Below are positions 23,904 through 33,728 of a stretch of DNA of 64,000 nucleotides, in pieces. The stretch lies in assembly GCA_036563665.1 (NCBI GenBank), contig DATCLY010000043.1:7012-71011 (forward strand), read 5' to 3'. Below the pieces are notes generated by a model. The model made no database searches, was not told the DNA's origin, and worked only from the letters and a program-made list of their open reading frames with translations. A program made the position numbers and the translations under genes. This DNA is from Gammaproteobacteria bacterium (GTDB taxonomy: Bacteria > Pseudomonadota > Gammaproteobacteria > Steroidobacterales > Rariloculaceae). The stretch's first letter is position 1; the number at the start of each line of letters is the position of its first letter.

Positions 23904-26639
23904 TCAGCCGGTGCTCTGCATCCCGTGCGCGATGCCGTTCACGCTCGCGAGCAGCGCCTCGAGCAGCGCGTCCGCGGGCCGGCCCGCGCGGCGCCAGCGC
24001 GCGAGCAGGTTCACTTGAAGAAAACTCATCGGATCGACGTAGGGATTGCGCAGCCTGATGGAGCGCGCGAGCGTGCGCGACTCCTCGAGCAGCTCGCTCT
24101 GGCCGGAGAGCTTGAGCACGAGCTCCACCGCGCGATCGTACTCGGCGCGGATCGCCGGGAAGAACCGCTCGTGCAGCGGCCCCGCGAGGCGCGAGTACTG
24201 CTCCGCCACGTCGAGGTCGGCCTTGGCGAGCGCGGTGGCGGCATCGGACACGAGCACGCGGAAGAAGTGCCAGCGCTGGAACATGTCGTGCAGAGCCTCC
24301 TCGCCGTAGCGCTCGATGCCGTGCGCGAGGCCCGATGCGAAGCCGAACCAGGCGGGCAGCAGGCAGCGCGTCTGCGTCCACGCGAAGGCCCACGCCACCG
24401 CGTGCAGCTCCTCGATGCTCGTCGCCTCTTCGCCCGCGCCGCGCCGTGAGGTCACGCCAAGCCGCTCGATCACGTCGATGGGCGTCGCCGCGCGGAAGTA
24501 GGCGAAGAAGTCGCTCGAGTCGTACACGAGCGCCTGATACGTCTCGCGGCTGCGCTCCGCCATCGCTTCCATGATCTCGAACCACCGGGCCTCGCCGTCG
24601 TGCTCGGACGCGGGAAGCCCCGTCACGAGGATCACGGAGGAGAGGGTCTGCTCGAGGCTGCGCAGCGCGATGCCGCGCAGGCCGTATTTCTCGTTGATGG
24701 TCTCGCCCGGCTCGGTCATCCGCAGCCGCCCCGCGACGGCGCCGCGCGGGGCGGCGAGCACGGCCTCGTGCAGCCGGCCGCCGCCGCGGCTCACGGTGCC
24801 GCCCCGGCCGTGGAACAGCGTGAGCTCCACGCCGAGCCGCCCGAGCGTGGCGACCAGCGCGCGCTGCGCCTGGTGCACGGTCCAACGGGCCGACATGAGG
24901 CCGCCGTCCTTGGCGCTGTCGGAGTAGCCGACCATCACGATCTGGCGATCGCCGCGCGAGCGCAGGTGTCGCCGATAACGCTCGTCGCGGACCAGCCGCT
25001 CCATGATCGTGGGCGCGTTGGCCAGGTCCTCCACCGTCTCGAAGAGCGGCGCGACGTCGAGCGCCACGTCGTCGCCGGGCCGGCCCAGGTGTCCCCAGTG
25101 CGCGAGCAGCAGCACCGACAGCACGTCGTCGGGGCCGTGCGTTCTGCCGACGATGTAGGGGCCGATCGAATCGGGGCCGTACTTGCGCCGGGCGTGAGCG
25201 ATGGCCTGGAACACGCCGAGCGTGCGGCGCGCCTCGGACGACAGCGTGCCGAGCGGCGACTCGCGGCGCTCGAGCGCCTCGTCGAGGCGCCGCGTGCGCT
25301 CCTCGCTGCCGAGCTCGAGCCAGCGCGCCTCCTGCAGCCCTTCGCCCACCACGCGCCGGTGCGCGAGCGCGTTCTGCTTGATGTCGAGCGTGGCCACGTG
25401 GAAGCCGAAGGTCTGCGCCCTGCGGAGCAGCCGCTGCACCGCGAACAGCCCCGCGTTGCGGCCCTTGTTGGCGCGCAAGCTGTCCGCGATGGCCTCGATG
25501 TCGGCGATGAACTCCTGCGGCGATTCGTACGGGAACGCGGCGTCGTCGTAGGTGGCCTTGAGCCGCGCGGCCACGAGCCGCAGGAAGACCCGATACGGCA
25601 TGTCGCGGTGGCGCGCCGGCACGGAGGCCGCGGCTTCGGGGAAGTGCCCGGCGTAGAGACGGCTGCGGCTCTTGATCTCCTCCGCCACACCGATCCGGCT
25701 CTCGCTCTGCGAGAGATCGCGCGCGAGGTAGTGGCACTCCTTGTAATAGAGGTCGAGGATCACGGCCCGGTGCCGCGCGAGCGTCTCGCGGATGCTCTTC
25801 GCGGTGACGTCGGGGTCGCCGTCGAGGTCGCCGCCCACCCACGAGCAGAAGCGCACCACCGTCGGCACGCGAATCCGGCCCGCGTGCTCGGGGAACACGG
25901 CCGCGAGTGCGCTCTCGAGGCTCTCGTAGAACGCCGGGATCACGCGATAGACCACTTCCGTGAGGAAGAACAGCACCTGCTCGGCCTCGTCGCGCAGCCG
26001 CGCCCCGTGCGCCTTGTGCTCCGCCGTCTGCCAGGCGGTGGTCATCTCCATGCGGATGCGGCCGAGCGTCGACTCGAGCTCCTGCGGCGTCAGGTAGGGG
26101 TCGAGCATGTCCACGAGGTGCCTGGCGATCCGCTGCTGCTTGCGGAGCAGCGTGCGACGCGTGACGTCCGTCGGATGCGCCGTGAAGACGGGCTCCACGC
26201 AGATGCGCCCCACCACGCGCTCGATCTCGTCCGCGTCCACCCCCGCGGCCTTGAGCCGGCTCAGGATGTCGACGAAACCGAAGGGCTGCGGCGCCTTCGC
26301 GTCGCGCAGGTACTCCCGGCGCCGCCGGATGCGGTGCACCTTCTCCGCCAGGTTGACCACCTGGAAGTAGGTGGAGAAGGCGCGGATGAGCTCGCGGGCC
26401 GTGCTCGGCGCGAGCGCTCCGAGCACCTCGGCGAGCTTGCCGTGGGCCGCGGGGTCCCCTTCGCGCCGGGCGATGGCGGCGCGCCGGGCGGCCTCCACGA
26501 GGTCGAAGAGCGCCTCGCCGCCTTGCTCGCGCACGAGCTCCCCCACGAGCTCGCCCAGGCGATGCACGTCCTCGCGCAGCGCGCGATCTTTCTCGGCGAA
26601 GAAGAGGTTGGCGCGGGCCGGCGGGGTAGGAGTGGCCAT
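23904..26639 (-). CDS. ppc: Phosphoenolpyruvate carboxylase family protein with divergent active-site motifs
   Basis: VFTAHPT, APLFET, MVGYSDSAKDGG, FHGRGGTVSRGGG and RNPYVDP are intact. GGDLDGDP, TEPGE, LHAVAW and the C-terminal QSTG deviate from consensus. Confidence 0.92.
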   Translation of the reverse strand: MATPTPPARANLFFAEKDRALREDVHRLGELVGELVREQGGEALFDLVEAARRAAIARREGDPAAHGKLAEVLGALAPSTARELIRAFSTYFQVVNLAEKVHRIRRRREYLRDAKAPQPFGFVDILSRLKAAGVDADEIERVVGRICVEPVFTAHPTDVTRRTLLRKQQRIARHLVDMLDPYLTPQELESTLGRIRMEMTTAWQTAEHKAHGARLRDEAEQVLFFLTEVVYRVIPAFYESLESALAAVFPEHAGRIRVPTVVRFCSWVGGDLDGDPDVTAKSIRETLARHRAVILDLYYKECHYLARDLSQSESRIGVAEEIKSRSRLYAGHFPEAAASVPARHRDMPYRVFLRLVAARLKATYDDAAFPYESPQEFIADIEAIADSLRANKGRNAGLFAVQRLLRRAQTFGFHVATLDIKQNALAHRRVVGEGLQEARWLELGSEERTRRLDEALERRESPLGTLSSEARRTLGVFQAIAHARRKYGPDSIGPYIVGRTHGPDDVLSVLLLAHWGHLGRPGDDVALDVAPLFETVEDLANAPTIMERLVRDERYRRHLRSRGDRQIVMVGYSDSAKDGGLMSARWTVHQAQRALVATLGRLGVELTLFHGRGGTVSRGGGRLHEAVLAAPRGAVAGRLRMTEPGETINEKYGLRGIALRSLEQTLSSVILVTGLPASEHDGEARWFEIMEAMAERSRETYQALVYDSSDFFAYFRAATPIDVIERLGVTSRRGAGEEATSIEELHAVAWAFAWTQTRCLLPAWFGFASGLAHGIERYGEEALHDMFQRWHFFRVLVSDAATALAKADLDVAEQYSRLAGPLHERFFPAIRAEYDRAVELVLKLSGQSELLEESRTLARSIRLRNPYVDPMSFLQVNLLARWRRAGRPADALLEALLASVNGIAHGMQSTG

Positions 26640-26680
26640 CGGAGGCTCCGGGGCGGAATTCTACCCCAGCGTCCGCGCCA

Positions 26681-28552
26681 CTACCGGTAAGCGCGCGCCT
26701 GCAGCTCGAACAGCCGCGCGTAACGGCCGCCGCGCGCCATGAGCTCGTCGTGCGTGCCCTGCTCGACGATGCGGCCCTGATCGAGCACCACGATGCAATC
26801 GGCATGGCGCACGGTCGAGAAGCGGTGCGAGATCAGGATCGAGATCTTGCCGCGCGTGAGCTCGCGAAAGTGCTCGAAGAGCTCGGCTTCCGTCTCGGCG
26901 TCGAGCGACGCCGTGGGCTCGTCGAGCACGAGGATCTCCGCGCCGTCGCGCATGAACGCGCGGGCCAGCGCGATGCGCTGCCACTGGCCGCCGGAGAGCT
27001 CCTGACCGTCCTCGAACCAGCGGCCGAGCTGCGTGTGATAGCCCTGCGGCAGCCGCTCGATGAACTCCGCCGCGCGGCCCTTCTCCGCGGCCTCCGCCCA
27101 GCGCCGTTCGTCGTCGAACGCGGCCACGTCGCCCGCGCCGATGTTCTCGCCGACGGCGAACTGATAACGGTTGAAGTCCTGGAAGATCACGGCGTACCGC
27201 CGCTTGAGCGCCGCCGGGTCCCACTCCGCGAGGTCGCGGCCCTGGTAGCGAACGGTGCCCCGGTCCGGCCGGTAGAGGCCGGCGAGGAGCTTCACGAGCG
27301 TGGTCTTGCCCGAGCCGTTCAGGCCCACGAGCGCCAGGCTCCCGCCCGGCGGAATCGTGAGCGTGACGTCCCGGATCGCGGGGGTCTCCGCGCCCGGATA
27401 GGTGAACGTCACGCCCTCGATCTCGAGCCCGGCCGACGGATCCGGGCCGCTCGTCGCCGTGCCCTTCGGCACGAGCGAGGGCTGCTCGAGGTACTCGTAG
27501 AGATTCGACAGATACAGGTTGTCCTCGTACATGCCGCCGATGGCGCTCAGCATGGCGGACACGGACGTCTGGCCCTGCTTGAACACCAGCAGATACATCG
27601 TCATCTGGCCGAGCGTGATGACGCCCTGGATCGTGGCCACGGCGATCCACGCATACGCGCCGTAGAAGGCCGCGTTGCTCACGAGGCCGAGCGCGAACCC
27701 CCACGTGTCGCGTCGGATGGTGAGCCGCCGCTCCTCCGCGTAGAGGCGGCGGAAGATGGCCTTGTAGCGGTCGAGCAGGCGCGGCCCGAGCTCGAAGAGC
27801 TGCACCTCCTTGGCGTGGTCCTCGCGCGCGAGCACCACCTCGAGGTAGGCGAGCCGGCGCCGCTCCGGCGAGCGCCACTTGAACACGCGGAAGCGCTCGC
27901 CCGAGAAACGCGTCTCCGCGAGGAACGCGGGCAGGCCGGCGACCACCAGGATCACCACGGCCCAGGCGGAGAACTGCAGCAGCAGCCCCGCGTAGCTCAC
28001 GAGCGCGATGCCGTTGCGCGCGAGCGTGAACGTGCGCGTCACGAGCGACAGCGGCCGGGCCGACGCCTCCTGCCGCGCCCGCGTGAGCTTGTCGTAGAAC
28101 TCCGAGTCTTCGAACTGGGCGAAGTCGAGCGTGAGCGCCTTCTCGAGGATCAAGATGTGCACGCGCTGCGACAGCAGCACGCGCAGCAGCGACTGGCAGA
28201 AGTCGATGCCGCGCTCGGCGCCCGCGAGCCCGGCGACGAGCACCCCTTCTGCGCCGACGAGCAGCAGGACGCCCGCGTAGTCCGGCGTGCCGCCTGCGGA
28301 GAAGGCGCCGATGGCGGCGACCACGGCGTCGACGATGAGCTGGCCCACGTAGGCGATGCCCGCCGGCGCGAGACCCGCGGCGATCGTCAGCAGCGCGAGC
28401 GACACGGTGAGCCCGCGGTGCGTGGACCAGACGAGCGCCACCGCCCGGCGGCTGTAACGCCAGAAGCCGAGGTAGCCTTCGAGAGGAGGCGGCTGCTCGG
28501 CGCGGGACGCGGGCGCGCGCCGTCCCGCCAGCTCCGCGTGACGGACGCTCAC
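26681..28552 (-). CDS. ABC exporter (fused TMD-NBD, HlyB/MsbA-like)
   Basis: Multiple TM segments, FEDSEFYDKLTRA, GLNGSGKTT, LSGGQWQRIALARA, LVLDEPTASLD and ILISHRFSTV. Confidence 0.93.
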   Translation of the reverse strand: MSVRHAELAGRRAPASRAEQPPPLEGYLGFWRYSRRAVALVWSTHRGLTVSLALLTIAAGLAPAGIAYVGQLIVDAVVAAIGAFSAGGTPDYAGVLLLVGAEGVLVAGLAGAERGIDFCQSLLRVLLSQRVHILILEKALTLDFAQFEDSEFYDKLTRARQEASARPLSLVTRTFTLARNGIALVSYAGLLLQFSAWAVVILVVAGLPAFLAETRFSGERFRVFKWRSPERRRLAYLEVVLAREDHAKEVQLFELGPRLLDRYKAIFRRLYAEERRLTIRRDTWGFALGLVSNAAFYGAYAWIAVATIQGVITLGQMTMYLLVFKQGQTSVSAMLSAIGGMYEDNLYLSNLYEYLEQPSLVPKGTATSGPDPSAGLEIEGVTFTYPGAETPAIRDVTLTIPPGGSLALVGLNGSGKTTLVKLLAGLYRPDRGTVRYQGRDLAEWDPAALKRRYAVIFQDFNRYQFAVGENIGAGDVAAFDDERRWAEAAEKGRAAEFIERLPQGYHTQLGRWFEDGQELSGGQWQRIALARAFMRDGAEILVLDEPTASLDAETEAELFEHFRELTRGKISILISHRFSTVRHADCIVVLDQGRIVEQGTHDELMARGGRYARLFELQARAYR

Positions 28553-28562
28553 CGCTCGGGGC

Positions 28563-28901
28563 TCAGCCCGTGCCGCCCCGGGCCGCTTCCAGCTCCGCGC
28601 GCTTCTGCCGGGTGAGGGCGAGGAACCGCGGCATCGGCCCGCGATCCTCGTACACCGGGTCGCCGTACTCGTCCTCGCGGATCACCTTCGGGCCCGGCTC
28701 GTACGGCATGGCCTCGGTCAGCTCGTCGAGGGCGGTGCGCAGCAGGTCCGTGATCACCGCCTCTTTCGATAAGTGGTACATCTCCGCGAGCGCGAGCACG
28801 CGGGCCGCGTCCTCGATGGGCAGCCGCACGGCGAACTGTTCCGCCGTGAGCTCGGTCTCGGGATGGTTTTGCCAACGGCGCAACAGCGCCTTGAAGCTCA
28901 T
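28563..28901 (-). CDS. Small conserved protein with a ribbon-helix-helix-like core (homologues often labelled pilin assembly protein)
   Basis: FAVRLPIEDAARVLALAEMY...ITDLLRTALDEL...PYEPG.KVI..DEYGDPVYEDRGPMPRFLAL resembles a Pseudomonas/Marinobacter family (recalled, not searched). Confidence 0.8.
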   Translation of the reverse strand: MSFKALLRRWQNHPETELTAEQFAVRLPIEDAARVLALAEMYHLSKEAVITDLLRTALDELTEAMPYEPGPKVIREDEYGDPVYEDRGPMPRFLALTRQKRAELEAARGGTG

Positions 28902-29041
28902 GAGGTGCTTACTCCGTGACTAACAGACTCGGGGGTCGGCGCCGGGGTGTCAAGCCGGCCCGCCGACCGCCGCGGCCCCGATTCTGTCACGTGGCGCGAG
29001 CGTCCGACGCCGGCCACGCGCCGGGGTCCCGGCCGTGCCGC

Positions 29042-29071
29042 TTGACCCCCGACGGCGGGCAAGCCCATACT
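29042..29071 (+). promoter_or_regulatory. Sigma70-type trp operon promoter
   Basis: TTGACC (29042-29047), 18-nt spacer, CATACT (29066-29071); predicted +1 within 1-2 nt of the trpL ATG. Confidence 0.65.
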
Positions 29072-29079
29072 GCCGCGGC

Positions 29080-29160
29080 ATGAGCGGACAGCGCGATCTG
29101 CGAGCCGAGAACAACCGTTGGTGGCGCCGCCTACCAGCGGAGAGGCTTGCGCGCGCGTAA
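29080..29160 (+). CDS. trpL: Trp operon leader peptide MSGQRDLRAENNRWWRRLPAERLARA
   Basis: 26-codon ORF with tandem TGG TGG (29119-29124) directly upstream of the attenuator and trpE. Confidence 0.85.
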   Translation: MSGQRDLRAENNRWWRRLPAERLARA

Positions 29161-29194
29161 TCGTACACTCCACTTTCGTTTTCGACTCCAGAGC

Positions 29195-29235
29195 AGGCCC
29201 ACTCCGCTACGACGGAGCTGGGCCTTTGCCGTTTT
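29195..29235 (+). terminator. trp attenuator terminator hairpin
   Basis: AGGCCCA-CTCCG / CGGAG-(C)-TGGGCCT stem followed by TTGCCGTTTT. Its 5' arm can alternatively pair with CGGAGAGGCTTGC (29138-29150) as an antiterminator. Confidence 0.75.
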
Positions 29236-29289
29236 AGGAGATCGGTTTTCCGCTCGCGGAGCGCGGCGAGAAGGACGAAGAGAGCGACC

Positions 29290-30675
29290 ATGCAGACAGC
29301 GTTCGACATCACCGCCGACCTGGATACGCCGGTGTCGGCGTACCTGAAGCTCGCGCCGTTCGAGCCGCGTTTCCTGCTCGAGAGCGTGGAAAGCGGCGAG
29401 CGCCTCGCGCGCTACTCCTTCCTGGGGCTCGGCGACGGCCTGCGGCTCGAGCTCTCGCCCGAGGGCGCGGTGCTTGACGGCCGGCGGCTGTCGGCGCCCA
29501 CGACCGCGGCCGAATGGCGCGCGCTCATGCGCGACGCGCTCGCGCGCTGCCCGGAGCTCACGCCGTCCATCCCCGGCCTGCCGTTCACGGGGGGCCTCGT
29601 CGGCGCCACCGGGTACGACGTCGTGCGCTACTTCGAGCGGCTGCCGGCGCACCGCGCGCCGCTGCCGGGGCTGCCGCTCGGCACCTACGTGGCCCCGCGG
29701 TCGCTGCTCGTGTTCGACCATCTGACCCGACGCCTCGCGCTGCTGCACCAGGGGCCCGAGAGCGAGCGGCAGGCGCTGCGGGCCGAGGTCGTGCGGGCTC
29801 TGCGGGGCGGCATCGACAACGGCGGCGCGCGCAGGGGCTTCTCGCCCGCGGAGGCGAGCGCCACGGAGGAGGAGTTCGTCGGCGCCGTGGTCCGGGCCCA
29901 GGACCACATCCGCGCCGGCGACATCTACCAGATCGTGCTGTCCGTGCGCTTCAAGGGCCGCACCGACCTCGACGCGTTCCAGATCTATCGGGGCCTGCGG
30001 CTGCTGAACCCGTCGCCGTACATGTTCTTTCTCGACCTCGGGCAGCTCAAGATCGCGGGCTCCTCGCCCGAGGCGCTCGTGCGGCTCGCGGGCCGCGAAG
30101 CTTCCCTGCGGCCCATCGCGGGCACGCGCCCCCGCGGCGCCACGGACGAGCTCGATCAGGCGCTCGAGCGCGAGCTGCTCGCGGATCCGAAGGAGAACGC
30201 GGAGCACGTCATGCTCGTGGACCTGGCCCGCAACGACCTGGGCCGCGTGGCCCGCTCGGGCTCGGTGCACGTGGACCCCTACCGGCGCATCGAGCGCTAC
30301 AGCCACGTGATGCACATCGTGAGCGGCGTCAAAGGCGAGCTCGACGCCGGCAAGGACGCCTTCGACCTGTTCGCGGCCGCGTTCCCGGCCGGGACGCTCG
30401 TGGGCGCGCCGAAGGTGCGCGCCATGGAGCTCATCGCGGATCTCGAGCCCGTGGGCCGCGGTCTCTACGGCGGCACCGTGGGCTACTTCGCGAAGAACGG
30501 CAACATGGACCAGGCCATCACCATTCGCACGCTGGTGCTCGACGGCGACGAGTACAGCTTCCAGGCCGGCGCCGGCATCGTGGCCGACAGCGTGCCGAAG
30601 CGGGAATACCAAGAAGTGCTGGCGAAGAGCGCCATCCTGCGTCACGCGCTCGAGCTCGCGGAGGAAGGACTGTGA
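29290..30675 (+). CDS. trpE: Anthranilate synthase component I
   Basis: [63 protein letters not shown] and [15 protein letters not shown]. Confidence 0.97.
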   Translation: MQTAFDITADLDTPVSAYLKLAPFEPRFLLESVESGERLARYSFLGLGDGLRLELSPEGAVLDGRRLSAPTTAAEWRALMRDALARCPELTPSIPGLPFTGGLVGATGYDVVRYFERLPAHRAPLPGLPLGTYVAPRSLLVFDHLTRRLALLHQGPESERQALRAEVVRALRGGIDNGGARRGFSPAEASATEEEFVGAVVRAQDHIRAGDIYQIVLSVRFKGRTDLDAFQIYRGLRLLNPSPYMFFLDLGQLKIAGSSPEALVRLAGREASLRPIAGTRPRGATDELDQALERELLADPKENAEHVMLVDLARNDLGRVARSGSVHVDPYRRIERYSHVMHIVSGVKGELDAGKDAFDLFAAAFPAGTLVGAPKVRAMELIADLEPVGRGLYGGTVGYFAKNGNMDQAITIRTLVLDGDEYSFQAGAGIVADSVPKREYQEVLAKSAILRHALELAEEGL

Positions 30676-31259
30676 GCGCCCGTGTGCTGCTGATCGACAA
30701 CTACGATTCTTTCACCTACAACCTCGTGCAGGCGTTCCTCGTGCTCGACGCCGAGGTGCTCGTCTACCGCAACGACGCGCTCACGCCGCAGCAGGCGCTC
30801 GAGCTCGATCCCTCGCACGTCGTGATCTCTCCGGGGCCCGGCCGCCCGGAGGACGCCGGCGTGTCGCTCGCGATCATCGAGACGTTCGCGGGCCGGAAAC
30901 CCCTTCTGGGCGTCTGCCTCGGCCACCAGGCCATCGTGCACCACTTCGGCGGTCGCATCGTGTCGGCCGCGGCGCTCATGCACGGCAAGACGTCGCTCGT
31001 GCAGCACGACGGGGCGACGGTGTTCCGCGGGCTCACGAATCCGTTCGAGGCCGGGCGCTACCACTCGCTCGCCGCGGACCGCACCAACGTGCCGCCCGCG
31101 CTCGAGGTGTCGGCCCGCACGGCCGACGGCGAGATCATGGCCGTGCGCCACCGCGAGCTTCCGGTCGAGGGCGTGCAGTTCCACCCGGAGAGCGTGCTGA
31201 CGCCGGAAGGGCCGCGGCTGCTCGAGAATTTCCTCTACCCGGAACGGGCATCGTCATGA
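30672..31259 (+). CDS. trpG: Anthranilate synthase component II (glutamine amidotransferase)
   Basis: [38 protein letters not shown] and [11 protein letters not shown] 30672 overlaps the trpE stop. Confidence 0.96.
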   Translation: MSARVLLIDNYDSFTYNLVQAFLVLDAEVLVYRNDALTPQQALELDPSHVVISPGPGRPEDAGVSLAIIETFAGRKPLLGVCLGHQAIVHHFGGRIVSAAALMHGKTSLVQHDGATVFRGLTNPFEAGRYHSLAADRTNVPPALEVSARTADGEIMAVRHRELPVEGVQFHPESVLTPEGPRLLENFLYPERASS

Positions 31260-32290
31260 GCGTGAAGGGCAACGAGCTCCTCGAGCGGCTGCTCGCGGGG
31301 CAGGACCTGGACGAGGCGACCGCGGCGGCGCTGCTGCGCGCGCTCGCGAGCGCCGAGATCGAGCCCGCGCTCGCGGGCGGCCTGCTGGTGGCGCTCCGGC
31401 GCAAGGGCGAGAGCGCGGCCGAGATCCGCGGCTTCGCGCAGGCGATGCGCGAGCTCGCCCGGCGCCCCGACATTCCCGCGGACGGGCCGTACGTGGACGT
31501 GGTCGGCACGGGCGGGGACCGCTCCGGCAGCCTGAACCTGTCCACGGGCGCCGCGTTGCTCGCCGCCGCCTGCGGCGCGCGCGTGGTGAAGCACGGCAAC
31601 CGCTCGGTCTCGAGCCGCTGCGGCAGCGCCGACGTGCTGCAGGCGCTCGGCCTGCCCGTGCCGCTCGAGGAGCAGGGCGCAGGGCGCTGCCTCGAAGCGC
31701 TCGGGTTCACGTTCCTGTTCGCGCCGCACTACCACCCCGCGATGAAGCACATCGCGCCCGTGCGGGCGGCGCTCGGCGTGCGCACGGTGTTCAACATCCT
31801 GGGGCCGCTCGCGAATCCCGCCTCGCCGCCGTTCCACGTGATCGGCGCCTACAGCGACGCCGTCGCGGCCCTCATGGCGGAGACACTGTCGGGCATGGCG
31901 TGCACGCGCGCGTTCGTGATCCACGGCGCGGACGGCTGGGACGAGGCGACGCCGATGGGACCGTTCGTCTGCTACGAGGTGACACCGGGCCGGGTCACGC
32001 GCACGGTGCGCGACCCGCGCGATTACGGCATCGAGCGTTGCAACGGCGACGGGCTCGTGGGCGGCGACGCCGCCGAGAACGCGCGGCGGCTGCGGGCCGC
32101 CCTCGAAGGCGGCGACACCGCGGCCCACCGCGACGCGCTCGCGCTCGGGGCCGCCCTCGCGCTCGAGGTGACCGGGCTCGTGCCGGACACCGCGGCCGGC
32201 GTCGCCTGCGCGCGCGAGGCGATCGCGGACGGCCGCGCCGCGCGGCTGCTCGAGCGGCTCGACGAGTTCGCCCGCCGGGAAGCGGCATGA
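31256..32290 (+). CDS. trpD: Anthranilate phosphoribosyltransferase
   Basis: [36 protein letters not shown] and [13 protein letters not shown]. Confidence 0.97.
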   Translation: MSVKGNELLERLLAGQDLDEATAAALLRALASAEIEPALAGGLLVALRRKGESAAEIRGFAQAMRELARRPDIPADGPYVDVVGTGGDRSGSLNLSTGAALLAAACGARVVKHGNRSVSSRCGSADVLQALGLPVPLEEQGAGRCLEALGFTFLFAPHYHPAMKHIAPVRAALGVRTVFNILGPLANPASPPFHVIGAYSDAVAALMAETLSGMACTRAFVIHGADGWDEATPMGPFVCYEVTPGRVTRTVRDPRDYGIERCNGDGLVGGDAAENARRLRAALEGGDTAAHRDALALGAALALEVTGLVPDTAAGVACAREAIADGRAARLLERLDEFARREAA

Positions 32291-33123
32291 GCGGCTTTCT
32301 GGAGCGCATGGCCGAGGCGAGCCGCGTACGCGTGCGGGACGCCCGCGCCCGCACGCCCGAGGCGACGCTGCTCGCGCGCGCGCGGGCCGCCCCGCCCCCG
32401 CCCCGGCTCGCGCTCGGCGCCTTCGACGTCATCGCGGAGCTCAAGCTGCGCTCGCCTTCGGCCGGCGCGCTCGCCCCCGACACGCTCGATCTCGCCCGGC
32501 AGGTCGAGGGCTACGCCCGCGGCGGCGCGGCCGCGGTGTCCGTGCTGACCGAGCCCGACGCGTTCGGCGGCTCGCTCGAGCACCTCGGGGAGGCGGCCGC
32601 GCGGCTCGCGCCGCTCGGCGTGCCCGTCATGCGCAAGGACTTCCTCGTCGACCCGTACCAGGTGCTCGAGGCCCGCGCGGCCGGGGCAGGCGGCGTGCTC
32701 GTCATCGTGACCATGCTGTCTGACGACGCCGTGCGCGCGCTCGTCGCGAGCGCCGCGGAGCTCGGTCTCTTCGTGCTGCTCGAGGCGTTCGACGCCGCGG
32801 ACCTCGAGCGCATCGCGCGCCTCGAGCGTCCGGCCGGGGCGGCGCTGCTCGCGGGCGTGAACTGCCGCGACCTGCGCACGCTGCAGGTGGACGCCGGGCG
32901 CTTCGCCGATCTCGCGCCCCATCTGCCGCCGGGGCTGCCTGCGGTCGCGGAGAGCGGGCTCGAGCGCGCGGAAGACGCGGCGCGCGTGGCGGAGCTCGGC
33001 TATTCGCTCGCCCTGATCGGCTCGGCGCTCATGCGCGCGGGCGACCCGGCCGCGGGCGTCGCGGCGTTCGCCGCCGCCGGCCGCGGCGCGGCGGCGCGCC
33101 GCGGGGAGGCCGCGTGTTCGTGA
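32287..33123 (+). CDS. trpC: Indole-3-glycerol phosphate synthase
   Basis: [42 protein letters not shown] and VAESG. ATG 32287. Confidence 0.95.
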   Translation: MSGFLERMAEASRVRVRDARARTPEATLLARARAAPPPPRLALGAFDVIAELKLRSPSAGALAPDTLDLARQVEGYARGGAAAVSVLTEPDAFGGSLEHLGEAAARLAPLGVPVMRKDFLVDPYQVLEARAAGAGGVLVIVTMLSDDAVRALVASAAELGLFVLLEAFDAADLERIARLERPAGAALLAGVNCRDLRTLQVDAGRFADLAPHLPPGLPAVAESGLERAEDAARVAELGYSLALIGSALMRAGDPAAGVAAFAAAGRGAAARRGEAACS

Positions 33124-33728
33124 AGATCTGCGGCATCACGACGGCGGCCGCGCTCGAGGCCGCCGTCGAGGCCGGCGCGGACGCCGTGGGCTTCGTGTTC
33201 GCGGACTCGCCGCGGCGCGTGACGCCCGAGGCGGCGGCGCGCCTCGCCGCGGACCTGCCCCAGGGCGTGCTGCGCGTGGCCGTCATGCGCCATCCGCCCG
33301 CGGAGCTGTGGCTGCGCGTGCACGAGGCGCTCGCGCCCGACTGGCTGCAGACGGACGCCGAGGACTTCGCCGCGCTCGACGTGCCCGACGGCTGCACGCC
33401 GCTGCCGGTCTATCGCAGCGGCGCCGTGCAGCCCGCGGACCTGCCGCCGCGCCTGCTCTTCGAGGGCCCGCGCAGCGGCAGCGGCGAGACCGCCGACTGG
33501 GCCGAGGCGCGCGCGCTCGCGCGCCGGACGAAGCTCGTGCTGGCAGGCGGCCTCGGCGTGGGCAACGTCGCGGCCGCCATCGCGGCGGTGCAACCCTGGG
33601 GCGTGGACGTCTCGAGCGGCGTCGAGCGCCGTCGAGGCGAGAAGGATCCGGCGCTCATCAAGGAATTCGTGGCGCGGGTGCGCGCGCTCGAGCGCGAGCG
33701 CGCCGCCGCGGCCGAGGAGGAAACGTGA
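33114..33728 (+). CDS. trpF: Phosphoribosylanthranilate isomerase
   Basis: [29 protein letters not shown] and [11 protein letters not shown]. Confidence 0.96.
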   Translation: MFVKICGITTAAALEAAVEAGADAVGFVFADSPRRVTPEAAARLAADLPQGVLRVAVMRHPPAELWLRVHEALAPDWLQTDAEDFAALDVPDGCTPLPVYRSGAVQPADLPPRLLFEGPRSGSGETADWAEARALARRTKLVLAGGLGVGNVAAAIAAVQPWGVDVSSGVERRRGEKDPALIKEFVARVRALERERAAAAEEET

